Source of the DNA: Actinomycetota bacterium
Lineage (GTDB): Bacteria > Actinomycetota > UBA4738 > CALAEC01
Reading direction: 5' to 3'
Length of the DNA stretch: 64,000 bases
Assembly (NCBI GenBank): GCA_035642095.1
Contig: DASQTB010000048.1
Coordinates: forward strand, 2,496 to 66,495
Shown here: positions 1-8,128 of the stretch, in pieces
How positions within the stretch are numbered: the first letter of the stretch is position 1
Layout: every line of letters starts with the position of its first letter
Program-made: the position numbers and the translations under genes
The notes under the pieces: model-generated
Databases searched by the model: none
The model's input: the letters and a program-made list of their open reading frames with translations, nothing else
Told to the model about the DNA's origin: nothing

Positions 1-166
1 GGGCTTCGGTGGCGCCGTTGCCGGACCCCGGAAGGGCCTCGGTCTCGGCCTGGCGATCGATGTGGGGTTCGTTACCCATAGACACGTGGTGTTCGAGGGT
101 CCGGGACCTCCGGAGGATACTCACCGCGGCTCATCCGCGCCAAACCGTCCTTGGTACCCTTCGAGG

Positions 167-2596
167 ATGGCCAGGCCGTACGACCCGAGCGAGATCGAGC
201 CGACGTGGGCCGACCGGTGGGAGGCGGAGGAGCTGTACGCCGCAGGCGGTGACGACGACCCCCGGCCCCGGTTCTACGCGCTCGACATGTTCCCGTACCC
301 CTCCGGAGACCTGCACATGGGCCACGCCGAGGCCTTCGCCCTGGGAGACGCCATCCCCCGGTTCAAGACCATGCAGGGCTTCAACGTGTTCCACCCGATC
401 GGCTGGGACTCGTTCGGTCTGCCCGCCGAGAACGCCGCCATCAGGCGGGGGATCCACCCGAAGGAGTGGACGTACGCCAACATCGAGAGGCAGGCCCGCT
501 CCTTCAAACGGTACGGAGTGTCCTTCGACTGGCGGACCCGGCTCCACACCTCCGATCCGGAGTACTACCGGTGGACGCAGTGGCTCTTCCTCCGTCTGTA
601 CGAGCGAGGCCTGGCCTACCGCAAGCTGGCCCCGGCCAACTGGTGCCCCAAGGACCAGACGGTCCTGGCCAACGAGCAGGTGGTGGGCGGGGCGTGTGAG
701 CGATGCGGCACCCCGGTAGTTCGTAAGGACCTGACCCAGTGGTTCTTCAAGATCACCGACTACGCCCAGGCGCTCCTGGACGACATGTCGGAGCTGCCGG
801 GGTGGAGTGACCGCGTTCTGACGATGCAGCGCAACTGGATCGGCCGATCCGACGGAGCCGAGGTCGACTTCGAGATCGCCGAAACCGGACAGAACGTCAC
901 CGTGTTCACCACCCGTCCGGACACTCTGTGGGGCGTGACCTTCTTCGTCTTCGCCCCGGAGCATCCCATGGTCGAGGAGCTGGGCCGGATGGGCGGCTCG
1001 TGGGACCAGGTGCGCACGATGCGCGATTCGCTACAGGCCACGCCGCTCACCGCTCGGGAGCAGGCGGAATCACGGGAGGGAATCCTTCTCGGTGTCCATG
1101 CGGTGAATCCGGTGAACGGGGAGAAGGTTCCCTGCTTCGTCGCCCCATACGTGCTGATGGAGTACGGGACGGGAGCGGTCATGGGAGTGCCGGGCCACGA
1201 CCAGCGGGACTTCGAGTTCGCCAGGGCGAACGGCCTCCCGGTTCGCGTGGTCATCGAACCCGAGGGCGAGACCCGGGACCCCGACGCCATGGACCGGGCA
1301 TGGGATCACGAAGGCGTGATGGTCAACTCGGGGCTGTTCGACGGAACGCCCTCGCCGGCCGGGATCGGTGACGTGATCCGTTGGCTGGAGAGCGAGGGGA
1401 AGGGACGGGCCGCGGTGTCGTACCGGCTTCGGGACTGGCTGATCTCCCGGCAGCGCTACTGGGGATGTCCGATCCCCATCATCCACTGTCCGTCGTGCGG
1501 AGAGGTTCCCGTGCCGGACGACCAGCTGCCGGTGGAGCTCCCCGAGGACGTCGACGTCTCACCGACCGGCGAGAGCCCCCTGGCCAGGGATGAAGGCTTC
1601 GTCAACGTCACCTGTCCCGAGTGCGGCGGCGACGCCAAGCGCGATACCGACACCATGGACACGTTCGTCGACTCCTCCTGGTACTACTACCGGTACCTGT
1701 CGCCGCGAGACGACAGGCAGCCGTTCGATTCCGAAGCCGTCCGGCGGTGGATGCCGGTGGGTCAGTACACGGGGGGCATCGAGCACGCCATCCTCCACCT
1801 GCTGTACTCGCGCTTCATCACCAAGGTCCTGAACGACATGGGGATGATCCCCTTCCGGGAACCGTTCCCCAAGCTGCTCAACCAGGGGCAGGTGATCCTT
1901 GGAGGCGCGGCGATGAGCAAGAGCCGGGGCAACATCGTCGAACCGATGCCGATCGTGGAGAAGTACGGCGCCGACACGGTGCGGCTGACCATGCTGTTCG
2001 CCAACAAGCCGGAGGACGATATCGACTGGGCGGACGTATCCCCTCACGGCGTCCACGATTGGCTGGGACGGGTCTGGCGAGTCGTCCACGAGGCTGGGGA
2101 ACGGCAGGGGGAGGATCCCGTCGAGCTTCGGAGGCTGACCCACCGGACGATCTCCCGGGTGACGGACATGTACGAGCGGTTCCGGTTCAATGTCATCGTC
2201 GCTCAGCTGATGTCGCTGTCGAACGAGATCCGGGCCGTGCTCGACGACGGCGAACCGGCCCGCGAGTCGGTCACCGCCTTGGTGCTCATGCTGGCTCCCC
2301 TGGCCCCGTTCATCGCCGAGGAGCTGTGGCGGGAGGCGCTGGGCCAGGAGGGCTCGGTGCATCGGGCCCGGTGGCCCGCGTTCGATCCGGAGCTGGCCAG
2401 GCAGACCACCGTCACCCTGGTGGTCCAGGTGGACGGCAAGGTCAGGGACCGCATCGAGGTGCCCACCGAGGTCTCGGAGTCCGAGGCGGAACGGCTGGCC
2501 CGGTCGTCGACGGGGGCCCTGCGAGCGATCGGGGATCGGCGGGTCGTCCGGGTGGTGGCCCGGCCGCCGAGGCTGGTCAATCTGGTCACGGGGTAG
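167..2596 (+). CDS. leuS: leucine--tRNA ligase
   Basis: Translation MARPYDPSEIEPTWADRWEAEELY...FPYPSGDLHMGHAE (HIGH-like motif) matches class I LeuRS N-terminus. ATG at 167 inside ORF 62..2596; ~810 aa typical length. Confidence 0.9.
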   Translation: MARPYDPSEIEPTWADRWEAEELYAAGGDDDPRPRFYALDMFPYPSGDLHMGHAEAFALGDAIPRFKTMQGFNVFHPIGWDSFGLPAENAAIRRGIHPKEWTYANIERQARSFKRYGVSFDWRTRLHTSDPEYYRWTQWLFLRLYERGLAYRKLAPANWCPKDQTVLANEQVVGGACERCGTPVVRKDLTQWFFKITDYAQALLDDMSELPGWSDRVLTMQRNWIGRSDGAEVDFEIAETGQNVTVFTTRPDTLWGVTFFVFAPEHPMVEELGRMGGSWDQVRTMRDSLQATPLTAREQAESREGILLGVHAVNPVNGEKVPCFVAPYVLMEYGTGAVMGVPGHDQRDFEFARANGLPVRVVIEPEGETRDPDAMDRAWDHEGVMVNSGLFDGTPSPAGIGDVIRWLESEGKGRAAVSYRLRDWLISRQRYWGCPIPIIHCPSCGEVPVPDDQLPVELPEDVDVSPTGESPLARDEGFVNVTCPECGGDAKRDTDTMDTFVDSSWYYYRYLSPRDDRQPFDSEAVRRWMPVGQYTGGIEHAILHLLYSRFITKVLNDMGMIPFREPFPKLLNQGQVILGGAAMSKSRGNIVEPMPIVEKYGADTVRLTMLFANKPEDDIDWADVSPHGVHDWLGRVWRVVHEAGERQGEDPVELRRLTHRTISRVTDMYERFRFNVIVAQLMSLSNEIRAVLDDGEPARESVTALVLMLAPLAPFIAEELWREALGQEGSVHRARWPAFDPELARQTTVTLVVQVDGKVRDRIEVPTEVSESEAERLARSSTGALRAIGDRRVVRVVARPPRLVNLVTG

Positions 2597-2762
2597 CCGA
2601 CCGACGGCCGCCCGCTCGCCGCGCTCCCTTGGCCGGGGGAACGGGGCTCGAGTACCATGTTTCCGTGGCCTCTCCGCGTGACCCGGCCGCGGCCCGAGGC
2701 TGAGGCCCGAGGAGGTTCCAATTTCTGAGGACTCAGGCACCCTCCCGTTCTCCCCCTTCGCC

Positions 2763-5700
2763 TTGCAGGTCCGAAGAACGACCGGGGCCGTGGTCGGCCG
2801 GCCCATCGAGGTGGGGGCGATCCAACAGGGGCTGTCGACGGCGCTCGAAGGTCGGCTGAGCGGCGTCAGCGTGGAGGGAGAGCCGGGGATCGGAAAGACC
2901 CGCCTCCTCCTGGCTGCTTCGGAGCTAGCCCGGGGCCAGGGATTCACCACGATCGCCATCCCCGCCGACGAGGAGATCCGAGGTCCCTTCCTCGTGGCCC
3001 GGTCGATTCTCGGGTCCCCGGACGCCTCCGCGGCCGCCGATACGGCCACGCTCGAGGCCATCGAGCGGAGCCTGGCCGCGCTCGAGGGGCGCGATGAGTC
3101 CGGGCTGGAGAGCCTCCCCGCCGATCGGCGTCTGGTCCGGACGCTCGACCTGGCGGCCGTCGCGGTTCGGTCTCTGGCCGACCAGCGACCGATGGCCCTG
3201 CTGATCGACGATCTCCAGTGGGCCGACGACGACAGTCTCCGGCTCCTCCGCTACGTCGTCCGGGCCACGGTCGCCAGTCGCCTGTTCCTCATGCTGTCCA
3301 TTCGCCCGGAGGAGCTCGCCTTCGTGAACGAGGCCGTCAACCTCCTGGCGGACATGGAGCGTCAGGGCGCGGTCCGGCGACTCAAGCTGGCGCGGTTCGG
3401 ACAGGTGGAGAGCACCGAGTTCCTCCGCCAGGTGCTGGGAGGAAAGGTCGATCCGGCCAGCGCCGCCGTCATGCACGCTCAAGCCGAGGGGGTTCCGTTC
3501 ATCGTCGAGGAGCTGGCCCGAGCGTATCGCGAGGCCGCCATGATCCAGGAGATCGATGGGACGTGGACCCTGGCCAAGAACGCCGAGCGACTGGTTCCCT
3601 CCAGCGTCCGGACGCTCATCTCCCGGCGAGGAGCGCGCCTCCCCGATGAGACCAGGGCCGCACTGGCTGAGGCCGCCATCCTGGGTCGTCATTTCAGCTT
3701 GAAGGACCTCCAGGCGCTCAAGGTCCATCTCGGTGGAGGAGAGGTGACGGCGGAGGCCCTGGACGAGAAGCTACGCCCCGCAGTGGCCGCCGGGTTCCTG
3801 GTGGCCCACGGGGGGGAGTCGCCCGCCGACTACGGCTTCGCGCACGAGCAGGTCCGTGACTTCGCCACGGCAGGCCTGACTCCCACGCGACGGCGAACCA
3901 TCCACGCCGCGGTGGTGGACCTCCTGCTGGTCGGAGAGCCGGCCCCGCAGACCCTTCCCCTCCTCGCGTACCACGCCAAGGCCGCCGGCGACGCTGCCGT
4001 GTGTGTGCGCTTCGCCATGCAGGCCTCTCGGAACGCCCTCGATGCCAGCGCTCCCGAGGAGGTCCTTCGGGTAGTCGACCTGGCCCTCACGGCCGCGGGG
4101 GCGTCGAGGGACCGGATGACGCTCCTCCGGGCCCGCGATGAAGCCCTGGACATGCTGCGGCGCTCGAGCGAGCGGCTTCAAGGGCTGGCGGAGATGGCTG
4201 CCCTGGCCGAGGCCATGGGAGAGAACGAGATCGAGATGGACGTACAGCTTCGGAGAGCGGCGGCGTTCCGCCAGGCCGAGGAGTGGGAGCAGGCGGCGAA
4301 GCTGGCCGCGGGAGTCCGGGACCGGGCTGCGGAGCGAGGGGAGTCGCGGACCGAGCTCGCGGCGTGCCTGCAGCTCGGCCAGGCCCTACTCCAGACGACG
4401 CTCGGAGAGTCGTACTCGCCCCCTGAGAATGAGGTGGACGCGGACGGTGCCGAGAGGGCGTACACGCGAGCTGCCGAGCTGGCGGAGCAACTGGGAGACG
4501 AGTCCAGCCTGGCAGCTACCAACCGCGAGCTGGGGGTGATCCTCCTGGGCCGAGTCCGGACGTGGTTCGTCGGGCGGGTGATGGCAGGCGATCACATCCC
4601 GATGATGCAGCGGGTGGCGGCGGGCGAGTCGCTCGACGAGATCCTGGAGAGCCTACCGGTGGCACCGCTGTTCCAGAAGGTCCAGGAGCGATTCGAGCGC
4701 GCGCTCCAGCTCTACGAGAAGGTCGGCGATCGCCGGGGAGCGATGTCCAGCATCATCGCCATGGCCTACTCGAACTGGGCTCCCGACATCCACCTCGGTG
4801 TGGGAGCGGGCCGGCACATCGAGGAGCTGCGCCGACTGGCTTCCCGGATGGACTCGTTCACCAAGGAGAGCGAACGGTTCGCCGCCGAGGCCCAGATGCT
4901 GTACGGGGCGCACGTGTTCGCTCAGGCCAAGGTCGTCCCCGACCTGGCGCTCTCCCGGGGGGAGGAAACCTATCGCCAGGCCCGGGTCCTGGGGGATCGA
5001 GCGCTCGAGTTCATGGCCGCCGGGGGGACCGCGCTGGCCCACCTGGACCTCGGTGAGGTTGAGGAGGCGAAGGCGTGGCTGGATCGAGCCGCCGCAGCTG
5101 CTGCGGAGAGTCCCACGCCGTTCCGGGCCCGCCAGCTCGAGACGTGGAGGGGGGTGTGGAGCGGGGCCGCAGGTGATGGAGCGGCGATGCTGACGCACCT
5201 GGACCGCGCGGTGAAGCTGGCCACGGAACAGGGCAGGCCCGCGGCCAGGTGTGAGGTCCTGGCCCGCCTGGCGTTGGAGGCGGCCCGGATGGGCGCCGCC
5301 AGCCAGGATGAGCACCTGCTGGGGGCGGCAGAGCGAGCGGCCGGCGAGGCCAAGGAGCTGAATGGGCTCCTGCCGGGCCACCCGCCGTGGGGGGCCCAGG
5401 CCGACGCGGCCCTGGCCCGGGTGGCCCTGGCCCGGGGCGCAAGGGATGAGGCGGCGGCCGCTGCCCGGTCGGCCATGACCGCGTTCGAATCAGCTCTGAC
5501 CGAAGACGCTCATCTGGAGATCCTCCTGCCGGTGGCGGAGGCGCTCCAGGGGACCGATGATGCGGGGAAGCTTCGAGCGTTCCTCCACGTCACCCTGGCG
5601 ATGACGGCCCAACGGACCCTGGACGAGGACGTCCGGGTGCGATGGCTCCGGGGTCCAACGGGCCGAAAGCTGGTCGAGCTGTCGGGCCCGCTCGAGGGAC

Positions 5701-5921
5701 TGGCCATGAGGCCACCGGAGGATGGGCATCCTCCGGTGGAGGAGTCCGACGCCGAACTGATGCGGTTGCTGCTGGAGGGGCTCTCCAACAGGGAGATCGG
5801 GCAGCGGCTCGGGATCGAGGAGCCGGAGGTGAGGCGTCGACTGGGAGCGATGTTCTCGAGGGTCGGGGCGTCCAGCCAAGCCGAGGCGACGGCGTTCGCG
5901 TTCCGGGAGCGGGTGGTCTAG
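2763..5921 (+). CDS. LuxR-family transcriptional regulator with N-terminal AAA+ (STAND) ATPase and TPR-like middle region (LAL/MalT-like)
   Basis: Walker A GEPGIGKTRLL near the N-terminus. Long Ala/Leu-rich helical repeat region. C-terminal LuxR HTH (LSNREIGQRLGIEEPEVRRRLGAMFSRVG). Confidence 0.75.
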   Translation: MQVRRTTGAVVGRPIEVGAIQQGLSTALEGRLSGVSVEGEPGIGKTRLLLAASELARGQGFTTIAIPADEEIRGPFLVARSILGSPDASAAADTATLEAIERSLAALEGRDESGLESLPADRRLVRTLDLAAVAVRSLADQRPMALLIDDLQWADDDSLRLLRYVVRATVASRLFLMLSIRPEELAFVNEAVNLLADMERQGAVRRLKLARFGQVESTEFLRQVLGGKVDPASAAVMHAQAEGVPFIVEELARAYREAAMIQEIDGTWTLAKNAERLVPSSVRTLISRRGARLPDETRAALAEAAILGRHFSLKDLQALKVHLGGGEVTAEALDEKLRPAVAAGFLVAHGGESPADYGFAHEQVRDFATAGLTPTRRRTIHAAVVDLLLVGEPAPQTLPLLAYHAKAAGDAAVCVRFAMQASRNALDASAPEEVLRVVDLALTAAGASRDRMTLLRARDEALDMLRRSSERLQGLAEMAALAEAMGENEIEMDVQLRRAAAFRQAEEWEQAAKLAAGVRDRAAERGESRTELAACLQLGQALLQTTLGESYSPPENEVDADGAERAYTRAAELAEQLGDESSLAATNRELGVILLGRVRTWFVGRVMAGDHIPMMQRVAAGESLDEILESLPVAPLFQKVQERFERALQLYEKVGDRRGAMSSIIAMAYSNWAPDIHLGVGAGRHIEELRRLASRMDSFTKESERFAAEAQMLYGAHVFAQAKVVPDLALSRGEETYRQARVLGDRALEFMAAGGTALAHLDLGEVEEAKAWLDRAAAAAAESPTPFRARQLETWRGVWSGAAGDGAAMLTHLDRAVKLATEQGRPAARCEVLARLALEAARMGAASQDEHLLGAAERAAGEAKELNGLLPGHPPWGAQADAALARVALARGARDEAAAAARSAMTAFESALTEDAHLEILLPVAEALQGTDDAGKLRAFLHVTLAMTAQRTLDEDVRVRWLRGPTGRKLVELSGPLEGLAMRPPEDGHPPVEESDAELMRLLLEGLSNREIGQRLGIEEPEVRRRLGAMFSRVGASSQAEATAFAFRERVV

Positions 5922-5923
5922 CG

Positions 5924-6655
5924 GTGCTCCGGGCCAGGGTCGATCGGCATCGGTGCATCGGAGCGGGGAACTGCATCACGATCGCTCCGACCGCGTTCGA
6001 CTGGCACGAGGGCGATTTCACGAAGGCCGCGGTCATCGACATGGAAAGCGTGGAGGAGGAAGTACTGCGGGAAGCGGCCGTGGCCTGTCCCACCCAGGCC
6101 ATCGTGATCGAGGAGGTCGACGAGCTCCTCCCCTGGCAGTTGCGGGGCAAGGGGGCGCCCCGGCGAGTCCAGAAGACGTTCATGTTCACGGACATCGTGC
6201 GATCCACGAATCTGGTGGAAGCGCTGGGTGATGAGGCGTGGGAGGCTCTACTTCGCTGGCACGACGAGACCCTGCGTTCGCTCTTCTCCGCCCATCGGGG
6301 GGAGGAGGTGGTGGCCACTGGAGATGGGTTCTTCGTCGCCTTCGACTCGCCGGACGACGCTGTAGGGTGCGCTGTCTCCATCCAGCGCCGACTGGCCGAG
6401 CACCGGCAGACGCAGGGGTTCGCCCCGCAGGTCCGCATCGGGGTGCACGCGGCGGGAGCGACCCAGGTGGGCCGCAACTTCACCGGTCGGGGCGTGCACG
6501 AGTCCTCGCGCATCGCCAACATGGCCGAGGGCGGCGAGATCCTGGCCAGCCGCGAGACGGCGGGGGGGAGTGGCTTTCCGGTCTCGGACACACGCACCGT
6601 GTCGGTCCGCGGGATCTCGGAACCGATCGAGGTCGTCTCGGTCGGCTGGCGGTGA
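5924..6655 (+). CDS. ferredoxin-domain / class III adenylate(guanylate) cyclase fusion protein
   Basis: GTG start 2 nt after the upstream stop. N-terminus has a single-cluster ferredoxin motif (RCIGAGNCI...ACPTQAI). The C-terminal cyclase domain carries FMFTDIVRSTNL, GDGFFVAFD and RIGVHAG motifs. Confidence 0.7.
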   Translation: MLRARVDRHRCIGAGNCITIAPTAFDWHEGDFTKAAVIDMESVEEEVLREAAVACPTQAIVIEEVDELLPWQLRGKGAPRRVQKTFMFTDIVRSTNLVEALGDEAWEALLRWHDETLRSLFSAHRGEEVVATGDGFFVAFDSPDDAVGCAVSIQRRLAEHRQTQGFAPQVRIGVHAAGATQVGRNFTGRGVHESSRIANMAEGGEILASRETAGGSGFPVSDTRTVSVRGISEPIEVVSVGWR

Positions 6656-6688
6656 CGTGCTTCTCCGAGCGTCGTCGAGGGGTGACCG

Positions 6689-7414
6689 CTAGAGGACGCG
6701 CACCGCGACCATGACCCCGTCCCGGGTCGGCACGATCGTGGTCCGATAGCGCTCGTCTGTCGCTGCCAGGCGGTTGTGTTCCCGGATCGCCGGGGCCAGC
6801 CGTCCTCGCTGTTGGTCCTCGATCTCCTCGTCCCGAAGGGCCACGTTCCCGCCCCACAAGACGTTGTCACACAGGTAGAGGCCGCCGATCCGGATCCGTC
6901 CGCTGGCCTTCCGCCACGCCTCCGGATAGTCGCCCTTGTCGATGTCGCAGAACACCGCGTCGAACTGGCCCTCGAGATCGTCGATGATCTCGAGAGCGTT
7001 GCCGACGTGTGATCGGACCCGGTCGGCCAGCCCGGCCCGGCCGAGATAGTCCATGGCCTTCCGCTGGTTCTCGGGGTCGCCCTCCGTCATGTGGACCTCA
7101 CCCTCCGGGCCGACGGCCCGAGCGAACCAGAACGCGCTGTACCCGTACCCCGACCCCATCTCCAGCACCCGGCGTGCGCCGATGGCCCGGCTCAGGACCT
7201 CGAGTGTCACTCCCACCGTTCGGCCGACGATGGGAAAGTCACGCTTCTCGGCCTCCCGTTCCATCTCGGCGGCGACGTCGTGCTCTCCGCCCAGCAGGTC
7301 ACCCAGGTACGCCTCGATCCGGGGGTCGACGATGTCCACCGCGGCTCCTTCCCTGGTCGCCCGCCGGGACGGTCGTGGCGACCGACCATTTCCATCACCC
7401 TGCCCAGTGAGCAT
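6689..7414 (-). CDS. class I SAM-dependent O-methyltransferase (caffeoyl-CoA OMT family 3)
   Basis: LEMGSGYGYSAFWFARA...VFCDIDKGDYPE...GGLYLCDNVLWGG motifs. The true start may be an internal GTG (VDIVDPRIEAY...). Confidence 0.7.
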   Translation of the reverse strand: MLTGQGDGNGRSPRPSRRATREGAAVDIVDPRIEAYLGDLLGGEHDVAAEMEREAEKRDFPIVGRTVGVTLEVLSRAIGARRVLEMGSGYGYSAFWFARAVGPEGEVHMTEGDPENQRKAMDYLGRAGLADRVRSHVGNALEIIDDLEGQFDAVFCDIDKGDYPEAWRKASGRIRIGGLYLCDNVLWGGNVALRDEEIEDQQRGRLAPAIREHNRLAATDERYRTTIVPTRDGVMVAVRVL

Positions 7415-7516
7415 AGCGGCGACGGGTCCGTGTCACCCCCAGGGGTTAGCGTTCGCGTGGCGGGATCCGTTCCGGGGTCCTCCCCCTTCGATCGACCATG
7501 GCCCAGGAAGGAGGGG

Positions 7517-8128
7517 ATGGACGGACTTCGCGATTGGCTGTCCGGGCTGAGCCGCCGGGAGCTCGCCTTCGTGTCGCTGCTGGGCCTGGCCGCCCTGAGC
7601 GGCGTGGGGCTGTGGTATGTCCGATCGCTTCCCCAGCCGGTGCGTATCCGTGGTGCGCCCGTGGCCGCGCCCACCGTGTCTCCGAGCCCAGCCGCGGTGA
7701 TCGTTCACGTGGCGGGCTGGGTGCGACGACCGGGCGTGTATCAGCTGGCCGAGGGCCAGCGGGTGATCGACGCGATCGATCTGGCCGGCGGGCCGCGACG
7801 CGGGGCGGACCTCGGCGGCCTGAACCTGGCCGCGGTCCTGACGGACGCCCAGCAGGTCGTCGTGCCGAAGACGGGAGCGACCCCAGGCGCCCCGGGCAGC
7901 TCCGGCGTTCCTACCTCGTCGGCTTCCCCTGCGGCGGCGCTGGTCGACGTGAACACGGCGACACCGGAGGAGCTGGAGACCCTCCCCGGGATCGGGGAGG
8001 TCCTGGCCGGAGCAATCGTCGCCTACCGGGAAGAGCACGGGCCCTTCACGTCCGTCGACCAGCTCCTCGATGTCAGCGGCATCGGAGAGATCACGCTGGA
8101 GGAGATCAGGGAGCTGGTCACGATATGA
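7517..8128 (+). CDS. comEA: competence protein ComEA (DNA-binding, helix-hairpin-helix)
   Basis: Strong RBS GGAAGGAGGGG then ATG. Has an N-terminal TM helix, a SLBB-like region and C-terminal tandem HhH motifs (VNTATPEELETLPGIGEVLAGAIVAYREEHGPFTSVDQLLDVSGIG). Confidence 0.8.
   Translation: MDGLRDWLSGLSRRELAFVSLLGLAALSGVGLWYVRSLPQPVRIRGAPVAAPTVSPSPAAVIVHVAGWVRRPGVYQLAEGQRVIDAIDLAGGPRRGADLGGLNLAAVLTDAQQVVVPKTGATPGAPGSSGVPTSSASPAAALVDVNTATPEELETLPGIGEVLAGAIVAYREEHGPFTSVDQLLDVSGIGEITLEEIRELVTI

Noticed and set aside
1559-3061. 500-aa minus-strand ORF and other long antisense ORFs (e.g. 8613..9899, 14687..16432, 15679..16719, 5590..6870, 9328..10392)
   Set aside because: They are antisense to leuS, comEC, hrcA/dnaJ and the LAL regulator and have Arg/Pro/Gly-rich low-complexity translations typical of wrong-frame reading in ~70% GC DNA.
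5924-6655. Possibility that the Fd-cyclase is a Pycsar/CBASS-type defence cyclase
   Set aside because: The cyclase domain shows canonical adenylate/guanylate cyclase motifs. No adjacent effector (TM/TIR/nuclease) is present; the neighbour is an O-methyltransferase.
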